Virus record (IMG/VR): IMGVR_UViG_3300032285_001570
Span: 1-61,822 of that record
Origin: a virus
Taxonomy: Duplodnaviria; Caudoviricetes
Direction: 5' to 3' (one strand)
Length of the DNA: 61,822 bases
Below the pieces are notes generated by a model. It was not told the origin of the DNA. It did not search any database and worked only from the letters and a program-made list of their open reading frames with translations. This document shows positions 9,719 to 18,765 of the stretch, piece by piece. The translations under genes and the position numbers were made by a program. The stretch's first letter is position 1, and every line of letters begins with the position of its first letter.

Positions 9719-10315
9719 TTAGAATCCGAAAATCATCGCCATTGCGATTGATTTACCTGTACTGATACCTGTGTTAGCAACCCAAGTCGGTGCTGCGTTT
9801 CCGTTGGATTGCAGAATCTGTCCTGATGTACCGTAAGCAGTTCCAGTAGCGCCGAATGAAATGCCGCCAGCGGTGGTGATACGCATCTTCTCTGCACCGT
9901 TGGTGTAGAACGACAGCGGAAGGTATGTGCCTGAACCGTTAACACCTGACACAAGCTGCACATCCGTTGAACCGTTGGTGGCAATTAAAATTTTGGATGC
10001 GTTAGTTGGGTCGGCAGCATTGGTCGCTTGCCATGACGCAGCGGTTGATGATCCGCTTGGTAACGCATAAATACCAGTCGTGCTATTCACTGTGCTGGTC
10101 TGGAACATGACGCGGCTGGTAACAGTAGCGTTGGTGAAGTCACCCGTGATCCGCTGACCGGTAGCAGGGAAGTTAACGCTCTGATCGGTGCCGATGGAAA
10201 CTGCAGTCGTACCGCCGGAACCAGTATCGTTGGTTTTTAGAACAAGCGTGCCATCCGTATTGCCTGTGATGACAATCGGATTGGTTGTTGCTGTTCCCGC
10301 TGTAATAGTGCTCAT
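9719..10315 (-). CDS. Tail fibre-like protein (likely start MSTITAG)
   Basis: LSFYTNGAEKMRIT and GTSGQILQSNG fibre repeats; C-terminal GKSIAMAMIFG. Confidence 0.65.
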   Translation of the reverse strand: MSTITAGTATTNPIVITGNTDGTLVLKTNDTGSGGTTAVSIGTDQSVNFPATGQRITGDFTNATVTSRVMFQTSTVNSTTGIYALPSGSSTAASWQATNAADPTNASKILIATNGSTDVQLVSGVNGSGTYLPLSFYTNGAEKMRITTAGGISFGATGTAYGTSGQILQSNGNAAPTWVANTGISTGKSIAMAMIFGF

Positions 10316-10785
10316 ATGATCACCCACCTCTGTCCTGAAGATACGGTTACGGCAACGCCGCTATTTACCGTCATCGGTCCAACTGAAAAGCCGTTCGTAC
10401 CAGATGCGATTGTATAACTAGAAGTAACATTTGACTGATTAACAACGATGGCACCTTGCCCGCCACCGCCACCCATGATTGTGCGCTCTGCTGGGTATGT
10501 GACAAACACATCCTTTGTGCCAGCACTGAAGACAACCAAGTTTCCGCTGTTGCTAGAAGCCAACACCGTGTCGCGCGAAAGCGTCGGACCGGTTGAGCTA
10601 TATGTGCCGATACCAACTTCCCATTCGGAAGAGGTCTGTCCGGCGATTGTGTAGTAGGTGGTGTTGCCGTTGCCTATGACTGAAAAGTTCTGGTATCCGG
10701 TCGGCGCAGTGCCGCTCAACGTCACCGTGCCAGTGCTGGTGGTGGTTGTTGAGTCTTTGACGCGATCTGCTAGAACAAGAGCCAT
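10312..10785 (-). CDS. Virion structural protein
   Basis: MALVLADRVK...WEVGIGTY...KDVFVTYPA; in tail cluster. Confidence 0.6.
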   Translation of the reverse strand: MALVLADRVKDSTTTTSTGTVTLSGTAPTGYQNFSVIGNGNTTYYTIAGQTSSEWEVGIGTYSSTGPTLSRDTVLASSNSGNLVVFSAGTKDVFVTYPAERTIMGGGGGQGAIVVNQSNVTSSYTIASGTNGFSVGPMTVNSGVAVTVSSGQRWVII

Positions 10786-12377
10786 TAGTTCACCGTATCA
10801 ATCAATGTCCAGTCGGTTGTTTCTGAGTTATCTATTAACACCCAACCCGAACTCTGCGCCGTATCAATCGCTGTCCAGTTAGCTGTTTCAGAATTATCTA
10901 TCAACCCCCAGCTAGAACTCTGCATATTGTCGATCAACAACCAGTTAGCAACCTGGGAATCGTCAATCAACTTCCAATAAATCGCTACTACTGTTCCTGC
11001 CGAACCGCTTGCAGCTACCCCGCTTAAGCCTACCGTGATCGAGGTTGATACACTTCCAACGCTACCTGTTGCTGCATCGCCGTTGATACCAATCTCGCCT
11101 TGGACCTTGCCAACTTGTCCTGCGGCGCTTACGCCACTTAGCGCGATTGTTATCGCAGATGTTACTGTCCCAACTTCACCAAAAGCTGTATCGCTAAGGA
11201 GTGGTACAGAAACATAACCCACTGCTCCGTTTGCTACCACACCAGTTAAGGCACACGCCTTCTCCGGTGTTACTGCTCCAACCAGACCAGAGCCATTAAC
11301 TCCTGTCAAGGCTACAGTCGCACTGACTGCAACCGTTCCAACTGCACCTGTTGCCACATCCCCTGAAACCATCGGGACGTAAACAACAGTTCCTACGCTT
11401 CCAGATGCACTGACACCGGTAATATCTACAGCCAAGTTAGCTGCAACATCACCGACTAATCCAGATGCAAGCACACCGGTGAGAGCAACCGACACACTCG
11501 GTGTTACAGCACCAACCAATCCAGAGGCTTCAACCCCCGTTAATGCTGCGGTGCTTTCTACCGTTACTGTTCCGACATTACCGCTTGCTACATCACCAGA
11601 GAACGGCAGTGCAACAACAGAGCCAACAGCACCTGATGCAGCAACCCCACTTAACGCAAACGAAGGGCTTGCAACCACTGAGTCAACTGCACCTGACCCA
11701 GCCACTCCAGAAATAGCCACTACCAAACTGGATGTGACTGTTCCTACCGAACCTGTTGCTTCATTACCAAACAGCGTTAGCTGTCGCTCTACTGTGTCTA
11801 CACTTCCGAACGCATCAACGCCCGTTAGGGCAACAACTATTTGAGAGGCTACTGTTCCAACAAGCCCAGAACCATCTACGCCAGTAATAGCAACGTCTTG
11901 CGCTGCCGTTACCGTTCCAACATTTCCTGCTGCAACTACACCGCTTAAAGCTATTGATAGGTTTGCAACCGCCGTACCAACAAACCCTGAAGCAACATCG
12001 CTGGTTAAACTCTCAGACCCTGTGCCTACAACCGTCCCAGCGAAACCTGATGCGTTTACACCAGTTAAAGCAACCGCTGAATTGGCTGCGACAGTTCCTA
12101 CCAATCCACTTGCGTTTACACCACTTAGTGCAACCGACAAGTTTGCTACTACTGTTCCTGCCGAACCACTTGCCTCTACACCAGTTAAAGCAACCGATGC
12201 GTTAACCGTACCAACATTACCAGCACCACTTACACCAGTCAGGGCGACAGTAATCGAACCCGTGACTGTACCTACAGCACCACTAGCCGCATTCCCTGTT
12301 AAAGCTACACTAACAACAGCGTTAGCACCCCCAAGTGATGCAAAAGGTGCTTCCGCGAATGCGGTTATCCCAAACAT
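10785..12377 (-). CDS. Repeat-rich fibrous virion protein (V/A/G/S/T repeats plus six 11-aa Trp repeats)
   Basis: Recurring VALTGVxASGxVGTV; C-terminal WxxIDxx repeats. Confidence 0.7.
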   Translation of the reverse strand: MFGITAFAEAPFASLGGANAVVSVALTGNAASGAVGTVTGSITVALTGVSGAGNVGTVNASVALTGVEASGSAGTVVANLSVALSGVNASGLVGTVAANSAVALTGVNASGFAGTVVGTGSESLTSDVASGFVGTAVANLSIALSGVVAAGNVGTVTAAQDVAITGVDGSGLVGTVASQIVVALTGVDAFGSVDTVERQLTLFGNEATGSVGTVTSSLVVAISGVAGSGAVDSVVASPSFALSGVAASGAVGSVVALPFSGDVASGNVGTVTVESTAALTGVEASGLVGAVTPSVSVALTGVLASGLVGDVAANLAVDITGVSASGSVGTVVYVPMVSGDVATGAVGTVAVSATVALTGVNGSGLVGAVTPEKACALTGVVANGAVGYVSVPLLSDTAFGEVGTVTSAITIALSGVSAAGQVGKVQGEIGINGDAATGSVGSVSTSITVGLSGVAASGSAGTVVAIYWKLIDDSQVANWLLIDNMQSSSWGLIDNSETANWTAIDTAQSSGWVLIDNSETTDWTLIDTVN

Positions 12378-12403
12378 AATTTACGCGGCTATACCGCGCC
12401 CCA

Positions 12404-12904
12404 TTAAGTTGTGGACAGGCGCAATAAAGCTGTAGATGTAGTGTTGCTTGGCATTGTCAGCGTAAAAGTACCGGCAGTAATCGTCTGCGATCCGAAGGTA
12501 TGCACGCTAACAGCGCGGTTGCTTTGAGTCGAGTTGTATAACAAGACCGTATCGAAAGCCGTAGTAACCGTGAGCGCAGTCCACTGGAAGCTTGCAGATG
12601 GGGTCCAGTACGCCACACCAGCAGTAGCCGAAGTGTTGGTCGAAGCCGGAGCGTTCGCGTTAGTCACCGTAACACCACCAGCCGTATAGCCAGTGCCTGA
12701 CGTGTTGGTCACTTCACCAGTCGTCGTGTACGCAGTCGTGCCAGCATTCATCGTTGCCGATGCAAAGTAGAGCGCTGCTTTGAAAGTATCAGTCGTAGGC
12801 GAAGTCAAGCTACCACGCGAGGTGAGAGTAGACGTGCCGAACTGATGCTGACCGAGCATCAATTCCTGCATAAAGCTTGTACACATGCTTTGAGTATTAG
12901 GCAT
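12404..12904 (-). CDS. Virion structural protein (paralogue of 13102..13539)
   Basis: TFKAALY...TTAYTTTGEV...GYTAGG shared with paralogue. Confidence 0.65.
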   Translation of the reverse strand: MPNTQSMCTSFMQELMLGQHQFGTSTLTSRGSLTSPTTDTFKAALYFASATMNAGTTAYTTTGEVTNTSGTGYTAGGVTVTNANAPASTNTSATAGVAYWTPSASFQWTALTVTTAFDTVLLYNSTQSNRAVSVHTFGSQTITAGTFTLTMPSNTTSTALLRLSTT

Positions 12905-12913
12905 AATAATTCC

Positions 12914-13105
12914 TTATCCGAAAAGAGATGTTTCGCCGCCAAGAACAGGCCACTTCTTTAATGTAACGTGAGCGGAACGATGTACTAGCTCACCATCAAG
13001 CCAGTACTCCACCCAAGTGGTCAATTCATTGTCGTCATCGATTGAACCCTCGCGCTTATCGAGCAGGGATTCGTCCATGTCACCTTTAGTAGTCGTAATA
13101 ATCAA
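12914..13105 (-). CDS. Conserved small phage protein
   Basis: Coupled ORF; WVEYWLDGELVHRSAHV. Confidence 0.6.
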   Translation of the reverse strand: MIITTTKGDMDESLLDKREGSIDDDNELTTWVEYWLDGELVHRSAHVTLKKWPVLGGETSLFG

Positions 13106-13539
13106 GAGATCCTCACAATCGCAGAAGTGTTAGTAGCCGAAGGGAATGTAACAGTAAACGTAGACGTTGATGTTTTATCTGAACCGAAATCCAAAACAAT
13201 CATCGCTGGGTTAGCAGACCCATCATATTTGTATATTAACGCACCGCGAGCTGTAAATGCTCCAGTCCATGTTACGTTACTAAAAGAGTAATAAGAAACC
13301 GTGCCAGTCGTACCAGTCGTTGGCACTTGGCTAATCGTTAAAATCTCCCCACCCGCTGAATAACCAGAGGCTGACACTTCGCCAGTCGTCGTATACGCAG
13401 TCGTTTGGTAATCAAGCGTAGCTAAGTTGGTATATAGCGCGATCTTAAATACCTGCGTAGTGCCGGTATTTAGGTTAAACGTGCCGGTATTTAGCCCGTT
13501 TTTATACGTATTCGTCGCGTAATTTCCAGTGAACGCCAT
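13102..13539 (-). CDS. Virion structural protein (paralogue of 12404..12904)
   Basis: VFKIALY...TTAYTTTGEV...GYSAGG. Confidence 0.65.
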   Translation of the reverse strand: MAFTGNYATNTYKNGLNTGTFNLNTGTTQVFKIALYTNLATLDYQTTAYTTTGEVSASGYSAGGEILTISQVPTTGTTGTVSYYSFSNVTWTGAFTARGALIYKYDGSANPAMIVLDFGSDKTSTSTFTVTFPSATNTSAIVRIS

Positions 13540-13543
13540 AGTA

Positions 13544-14266
13544 TTACGTCACTTTCTGCCGGTATTGACCACTGCGGTATGCATCCTGACGCTCCATGCC
13601 ATCGCCGAGGCGTTTAGCAATCGCAAGAGCTTCTTGGTACTTCTTCTCGTACTGAGCAGTGATGTCAACTTCACCCTTCATGTACGTATAGCCTTCTACC
13701 AACGATGCGTACAAGAGGACAGAATCAAGATTATCGCCAAGCCAAGTTTGACCATCAGAAGCGGTTGTAATGCTCTCAGGGTAGTAAAAGTAATGAAGCT
13801 CGACGGTGTAATTAACATCTGGCGTAGGTCCCAAAATAAACGATAGTTCGTCTGAAATTGTGGAGCCTGAAACAGTTGGACCAAACAAAGCGTAGTACTG
13901 CGGAAGATCACGATCCGCAGTTGTGACAGTTGGGAACGACTCTCGTATAAAGTTAACGTCTTTATTAAGCAAGTAATGATATGCGCCCAAACTGTCTACA
14001 ACAGCCATAGAGTACACAGCCAAGAAATCAGTTGGGCAAGACAAATACTTGTTACCAGTGCTTGCTGTACCGGTGACGTTCTTGCGGATTGATGGGAACT
14101 GCACTGCATTGAAGATACGCTGTTCAGCTTGCGTGATGAACGTGTTGATCTGCTGAGTACCAGAAAACGTAGTCGTGCCCGAGCCAGACGTATCTGTCCA
14201 CGTCGAGGTTGGGAAATCGTTTTCGAGGTAACTTTTTAGCGTACTAAACAGTGTCGTGTAGTTCAC
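13544..14266 (-). CDS. Head-tail adaptor protein
   Basis: FITQAEQRI...GPTPD..Y.VELHY...LLYASLVE; podovirus adaptor pattern. Confidence 0.65.
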   Translation of the reverse strand: MNYTTLFSTLKSYLENDFPTSTWTDTSGSGTTTFSGTQQINTFITQAEQRIFNAVQFPSIRKNVTGTASTGNKYLSCPTDFLAVYSMAVVDSLGAYHYLLNKDVNFIRESFPTVTTADRDLPQYYALFGPTVSGSTISDELSFILGPTPDVNYTVELHYFYYPESITTASDGQTWLGDNLDSVLLYASLVEGYTYMKGEVDITAQYEKKYQEALAIAKRLGDGMERQDAYRSGQYRQKVT

Positions 14267-14275
14267 AACGAATCC

Positions 14276-14476
14276 TTACGCCATTGGTCCGCGAGCCATC
14301 TTGCCCTTGGTCTGAGCTTTTCCACCACGCACTTGGATGCCTGATGTTTTCACATCTGTCTCAGGATAACCAGAGCCCTCAGGCAACACGTTCGTGTTTG
14401 GACGAGGCTGTGTGTACTTTCCAATCGGATCTTTCGTTTCGACAGGAAAGAAATCAAATTTGTCATTCGAGTTCAT
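14276..14476 (-). CDS. Small protein with basic C-terminus
   Basis: GIQVRGGKAQTKGKMARGPMA; coupled to neighbours. Confidence 0.6.
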   Translation of the reverse strand: MNSNDKFDFFPVETKDPIGKYTQPRPNTNVLPEGSGYPETDVKTSGIQVRGGKAQTKGKMARGPMA

Positions 14477-14652
14477 TAACGCCCCCGGCTAGATGACTTC
14501 TGATTCATTGCACGAGCAAGATTGCGTCCGTACTTTTTCATTTCTAAAGATGTAACGCCACCTTTTTTCATGCCGTGCATGCGCTTCTCGTGGCTCTTCA
14601 CTTCTTTTTTAGCCTCGACATCAGCAATTTTTTTAACTTGTTTCTTGTCCAT
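14476..14652 (-). CDS. 58-aa basic protein with MKKGG motif (missed by ORF track)
   Basis: GGAG RBS; MDKKQVKKIADVEAKKEVKSHEKRMHGMKKGGVTSLEMKKYGRNLARAMNQKSSSRGR*; TAATG overlap with next gene. Confidence 0.75.
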   Translation of the reverse strand: MDKKQVKKIADVEAKKEVKSHEKRMHGMKKGGVTSLEMKKYGRNLARAMNQKSSSRGR

Positions 14653-14662
14653 TTAATGCTCC

Positions 14663-15088
14663 TTAAGTAACGGATACGGTTACAGTTCCTATTGAAATAC
14701 CCATCGCCAAATTGTTTGGCGTTAGCCCATCATCATTCAATCGGGAACCGCCAACCGGTGCCCATCCCCACTGTATGATTCTACTACCACCCTCTGGTGT
14801 ACCGTTAGCTAAATAGCCAGTACCAGTCTGCGTTATTTGCAATCCGTTATTGCCTGAACTGACGTAGCTAACGTCTGGTCTTGGTTCACGCACAGCCTGC
14901 GGATCATTCACTGGATACAAACCCAACGACAACTGCGGCTGATCCGGTTCCCAGCAAGATGGGCAAACCTTGATAGATACGTTCTTGGTCTTGATGACCA
15001 GGTTCTTTAGTTGAGTGAGCTTATAGCGAAAACCGCAGCGGTCGCACTCTGCGATTGCAAACTTGCCAGATGCAAATCTGCTTGGCAT
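14663..15088 (-). CDS. Zn-ribbon protein of head-tail region
   Basis: CDRC...CPSC pair. Confidence 0.65.
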   Translation of the reverse strand: MPSRFASGKFAIAECDRCGFRYKLTQLKNLVIKTKNVSIKVCPSCWEPDQPQLSLGLYPVNDPQAVREPRPDVSYVSSGNNGLQITQTGTGYLANGTPEGGSRIIQWGWAPVGGSRLNDDGLTPNNLAMGISIGTVTVSVT

Positions 15089-15090
15089 GA

Positions 15091-15825
15091 CTAGCGGATA
15101 AAGCTTTCACGCGGAACAAAACGAACCGGAGCCTTCTCTCGGTCTTCTGTAGCCGCCAACTCCCACTGCTGCTCGTAATCTGCTTTCAGCATTGGGATGC
15201 GATTAGGATCAACTCCTGGTAGCTTCATCGATAAGTTATAGGCAAGCCCAGCCACCATTGCAGGCATCATGCGGAATGGGATGTCCTGACCATTGATACC
15301 GTTGCCTGCATCCTGCATACGGCGCAAACGCCAGTACACAAAGGTATAAGTCTGGCTGTTATCTGGCGTAGGCCAAACGTGAATACGCGGCGGGACGGTT
15401 TGCCCTGTTGAATCTGTAGCGCCAGTGCGGCGCTGAATCCATACCTGAATCGGACGCCCAACAGCATTCTTGTTGGGGATCATGGCGTAGGTTGATTCGC
15501 TGATCCGGCTGATATTGATGTCAGTCTGGTTCTGGTAAGTTCCAGTGCGGATAACGTGATCCAAAAGATCGACTGTATCGACAGGTAAATCGTACGTGAT
15601 CGTTGGCGTGGGGGAAGTGTATGCAAGAGTTATTTGCCCCTGCTCCACCGTCCACATGTTAATCCCACGGTTCGCCCATTCCATCGTAAGCAGGTTTAGG
15701 GATCGACGAGCCGTACGAAGGTCGTAACCAGAACGCAGCTCTTGACCACAGCGTTCAAACGCCTCCTCGACCAGTTGGTTTAGGTCAAGGTTAAATGCAG
15801 TTGTGTCTGTGGTTTTATAGGCCAT
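15091..15825 (-). CDS. Second adaptor/connector-like virion protein
   Basis: ARRSLNLL..EWANRG.N.W, GRP, WPTPD motifs. Confidence 0.6.
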   Translation of the reverse strand: MAYKTTDTTAFNLDLNQLVEEAFERCGQELRSGYDLRTARRSLNLLTMEWANRGINMWTVEQGQITLAYTSPTPTITYDLPVDTVDLLDHVIRTGTYQNQTDINISRISESTYAMIPNKNAVGRPIQVWIQRRTGATDSTGQTVPPRIHVWPTPDNSQTYTFVYWRLRRMQDAGNGINGQDIPFRMMPAMVAGLAYNLSMKLPGVDPNRIPMLKADYEQQWELAATEDREKAPVRFVPRESFIR

Positions 15826-16077
15826 TTATTTCTTCGCAGTCTTAGCCGAATCAATGAAAGCTTGAGCCGTTGGTGCGCCCTTCTGTCCTGGCTTGCGCAT
15901 CTTCTCGCCAGAGCCTTTGGCTATGCGCTTTTGCTTTGCGTGGATATTTGCGTAAAGACCTACGGGGCCACCCTTTTTGTACAGGGTGACATCGTTCGGA
16001 TCATCCTTGCGTTTGATCGTCTTGGCTTTAGGCATCTTGGAGGGGGCAATCGCCCCCATCCCGCGCGAGGCTCTCAC
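15826..16077 (-). CDS. Small basic core-like protein (YKKGG)
   Basis: K/R-rich; GLYANIHAKQKRI. Confidence 0.65.
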   Translation of the reverse strand: MRASRGMGAIAPSKMPKAKTIKRKDDPNDVTLYKKGGPVGLYANIHAKQKRIAKGSGEKMRKPGQKGAPTAQAFIDSAKTAKK

Positions 16078-16737
16078 TTAGCACACTTTCCCGCGAGTAT
16101 GACCCTTGGTCTGGATCGAGTGCTCGCCGTGGGCACGGATTGAACCGCCCTTAGCAAACGACTTGGGACCACCAGCCATTTTTTCCTCAAGAGCGCGAGT
16201 GTGACCACGTTTCTGAATGCCATGCTCGCCATGAGCGAGCTTGACGTTTGAACCCTTCTCAACGTCAGAACCCATGCCACGCGGACCCATCACTTCTTTA
16301 ATGCTGCCGCCTTTTGCCATTTTCAGTCCACCCTTTTTGTATGGAGCCATAGCCATCTGATCTTTCTCGATGTCTTTCTTAGGACGCATCATGCCGCCCT
16401 TTTTCATGCCCTTCATCTCTGCCATCTCATGTTTGATCATGGAGGCAGGAGCACCCTTCTTCTTCATAAAGCCAACTTCTTTTTTAACCATCGCTTTGGA
16501 TTCCACGTTGCCTCCAGTTTTCATACCGGCGAACCGGTTTAGTTTGTTAAACGGCATGTCAACCTTGCCATGCCGGGTATCTTGCTTTGCAATTTTCATT
16601 AAACCACCAGCAGCCTTCTTCAAACCTTCCTTCGACATGCGTTCAGCATCAGCCTGTTTGATGCCACTACTCTTAGCAATCGCAGGGTTGTGCGCTGCCG
16701 CACGGAAAAGCTTTAGCTGTTTGGCGGTCCAAGGCAT
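16078..16737 (-). CDS. Basic Lys/Met-rich core-like protein with multiple xxGG motifs
   Basis: MKTGG, MKKGG, YKKGG, MAKGG, FAKGG; internal repeat AHGEH.IQ..GHTR. Confidence 0.75.
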   Translation of the reverse strand: MPWTAKQLKLFRAAAHNPAIAKSSGIKQADAERMSKEGLKKAAGGLMKIAKQDTRHGKVDMPFNKLNRFAGMKTGGNVESKAMVKKEVGFMKKKGAPASMIKHEMAEMKGMKKGGMMRPKKDIEKDQMAMAPYKKGGLKMAKGGSIKEVMGPRGMGSDVEKGSNVKLAHGEHGIQKRGHTRALEEKMAGGPKSFAKGGSIRAHGEHSIQTKGHTRGKVC

Positions 16738-16910
16738 TACTTCATCTTCTTCAAAGTCTGCGCTAAACGAGCGCGCTGCCCCATGACACCAGGTTTCTTA
16801 GCAGCAGCTGCCAGCTTCTTGGCTGGGATAGTTTTGCCAGCCTTAACACCAAGAGATGAACGCAAAGCGCCTGGTTTCTTAATCGCTTTCTGAATCCATT
16901 TCTCAGCCAT
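16737..16910 (-). CDS. 57-aa basic protein (start revised to MAEKWIQ)
   Basis: Very Lys-rich; ATG overlaps upstream stop. Confidence 0.7.
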   Translation of the reverse strand: MAEKWIQKAIKKPGALRSSLGVKAGKTIPAKKLAAAAKKPGVMGQRARLAQTLKKMK

Positions 16911-17191
16911 TAGATCATCCTGCCTTTTGTTTTGCCGCGCTCTGCACAACCATCAGCACGTTTAGATGCTGAAGATACTGAGCCACCGGCCTTGTATCCA
17001 GCTTGATTATAGGCTTCGACATCGCGCACGTCTTGCGGAACTTTTTTGAAGTCAGCAACGGCACGTTTAAAATCTTTGTCCGCGCCAGCTTTGTATGTCG
17101 TCGATACTTTGCTTAACATGTCATTGCCAGCGTTTGCAGCTTCTTCTGCACGCTTACGCGCATCTTCCATCTTTGCTTTGTAATTAGCCAC
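16910..17191 (-). CDS. Basic core-like protein (YKAGG)
   Basis: GYKAGGSVSSASKRADGCAERGKTKGRMI. Confidence 0.7.
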   Translation of the reverse strand: MANYKAKMEDARKRAEEAANAGNDMLSKVSTTYKAGADKDFKRAVADFKKVPQDVRDVEAYNQAGYKAGGSVSSASKRADGCAERGKTKGRMI

Positions 17192-17200
17192 GTTGACCCT

Positions 17201-17389
17201 TTAAAGTTTTATGGGCACACCTTTGCCCACAAGAAAACCAACGACTAAAGCACCAACAAGTACCAAGAATTTTTCAATAAAAGTCCTGCCAACTTTTTTG
17301 TAAAACTCATCTGATAGCTCTTCGATAGCAATCCTCGCCGCTTCTTTGGCAATCAATCGTTCGCGGTCTGTGAGTTCAATCCCGTTCAT
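17201..17389 (-). CDS. Small protein with C-terminal TM helix
   Basis: FLVLVGALVVGFLVG hydrophobic stretch. Confidence 0.6.
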   Translation of the reverse strand: MNGIELTDRERLIAKEAARIAIEELSDEFYKKVGRTFIEKFLVLVGALVVGFLVGKGVPIKL

Positions 17390-17390
17390 G

Positions 17391-17645
17391 TCAACATTTC
17401 CACGCCCGAAGGCTCTTGTTAATACGAGAATTTGGGTCGTTCGCTGTCTTTGCTGAAGTTAACTTCTTCTTCATACCGCTCATGCGGGCACAGAAGGACG
17501 CCTTTCTTGGGCCTCCCTCCGGTTGTGGTGCTTTGAGTCCAGGCTTTCCAGGATTTGCGCGATTGTACGAGGCTCGACCCTTGGCGTTCAAACCGCCCTT
17601 CGGATTCTTGCCTTCCTTTCGTTGCCATGCTGGAGTCTTAGCCAT
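17391..17645 (-). CDS. Basic conserved phage protein (DUF6321-like)
   Basis: GGLNAKGRASY...RKASFCARMSG...DPNSRINKSLRAWKC. Confidence 0.65.
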   Translation of the reverse strand: MAKTPAWQRKEGKNPKGGLNAKGRASYNRANPGKPGLKAPQPEGGPRKASFCARMSGMKKKLTSAKTANDPNSRINKSLRAWKC

Positions 17646-18400
17646 TACGCCGCATCGCTCAAGGTTTGTTCAACAGGGGTTAGCATCGGATACAAGATGT
17701 CATTACCAAAGTCGCTCAAGTATTCATGCACCCCCATGTGACCAAGCTTGATCGTTGGGTCAATCCAAATGTCGAACCCAGCTGCGCGGGCGCGATCACA
17801 GAATAAAAAGTCTTCACCGATGTAGCCTTGTGGCGTGGTCAGGAAGTCAAAGTAAGCATGAAGGATCTTGTCGCTGTTGGTGTCTTTGTGCGCCCACTCA
17901 GGGTGGTCATCACGCAACTTTTCAAACACCTTGCGCTGAATCATCATAAAACCAGTGGCAATACGGTGAGCTTTGACGTTGCCCATCTGATCCATACTCA
18001 CCGTACCTTCGGTACCATTCACACCTTCACCGCCATCAAGCGAGAGGATGTACACCTTTCCCTCTTTACGAGCTTGGTAAGCGCCGCCAACAATCGCTTT
18101 GCTTTGATTCCACGCCAGCAGACGGATCACTGAATCTGGATCAAACGTCATGTCCGAATCAATGAACATCAGATGATCGCAATCAGACTGCATAAACTCG
18201 TACGCAATAAGGTTCCGCGCACGGGACACAACAGAACAGCCGCAGATGCTGCTGACCTGAATATGAATCCCATGCTCCAACACTTTCTGAGCAAGCTGCA
18301 TTAACGATACCGCCATCTTCAAACCTACTTTATGGTCGTAGGCTGGAAGACCAATCATTATTTTTTTGCCAGCAAGATCGAAACCTTTTTGGTTTTGCAC
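17645..18400 (-). CDS. GT-A fold glycosyltransferase
   Basis: RARN, LMFIDSDM (DxD), TGFMMI, GEDFLFC, LGH motifs. Confidence 0.75.
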   Translation of the reverse strand: MQNQKGFDLAGKKIMIGLPAYDHKVGLKMAVSLMQLAQKVLEHGIHIQVSSICGCSVVSRARNLIAYEFMQSDCDHLMFIDSDMTFDPDSVIRLLAWNQSKAIVGGAYQARKEGKVYILSLDGGEGVNGTEGTVSMDQMGNVKAHRIATGFMMIQRKVFEKLRDDHPEWAHKDTNSDKILHAYFDFLTTPQGYIGEDFLFCDRARAAGFDIWIDPTIKLGHMGVHEYLSDFGNDILYPMLTPVEQTLSDAA

Positions 18401-18403
18401 GAA

Positions 18404-18712
18404 TCACCCGTAGAAAATTGTCACAGAGCCAATACCGGTTACAGTTGCATACACGTTCGTACTGAATCGTACGCCTTCACCCGGCATTAAAAGATACGTT
18501 GGTTGTGTGACGGAACCAACAGTATTGACAGTCATACGCGTAGAACCACTAGAACCACCATCAGTTAAGACGACAGATCCAGCGGATGCACCGGGTACGA
18601 TATAAATAGCTTTAACGCGGCAAGATTGAATATTGCCAGCGCTATTCTGTGCAGCAAATTGCCCTGAAGCTGTGAGCGGTACGCTTGCTAATACATCTGT
18701 TTGCATAGCCAT
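18404..18712 (-). CDS. Small virion/head decoration-like beta protein
   Basis: Beta-rich; in head module. Confidence 0.5.
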   Translation of the reverse strand: MAMQTDVLASVPLTASGQFAAQNSAGNIQSCRVKAIYIVPGASAGSVVLTDGGSSGSTRMTVNTVGSVTQPTYLLMPGEGVRFSTNVYATVTGIGSVTIFYG

Positions 18713-18729
18713 AATTAATCTCCTGAAAA

Positions 18730-18757
18730 GTTAAACAAGGGGGCGCGAGGCCCCCCA
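18730..18757 (-). terminator. Intrinsic terminator-like hairpin
   Basis: GGGGGC-CTCGC-GCCCCC followed by TTGTTT on minus strand. Confidence 0.55.
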
Positions 18758-18765
18758 GAGATTAA

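Noticed and set aside
6409-12435. Many antisense and alternate-frame ORFs over Gly/Ala/Val-rich genes
   Set aside because: Shadows of low-complexity codons
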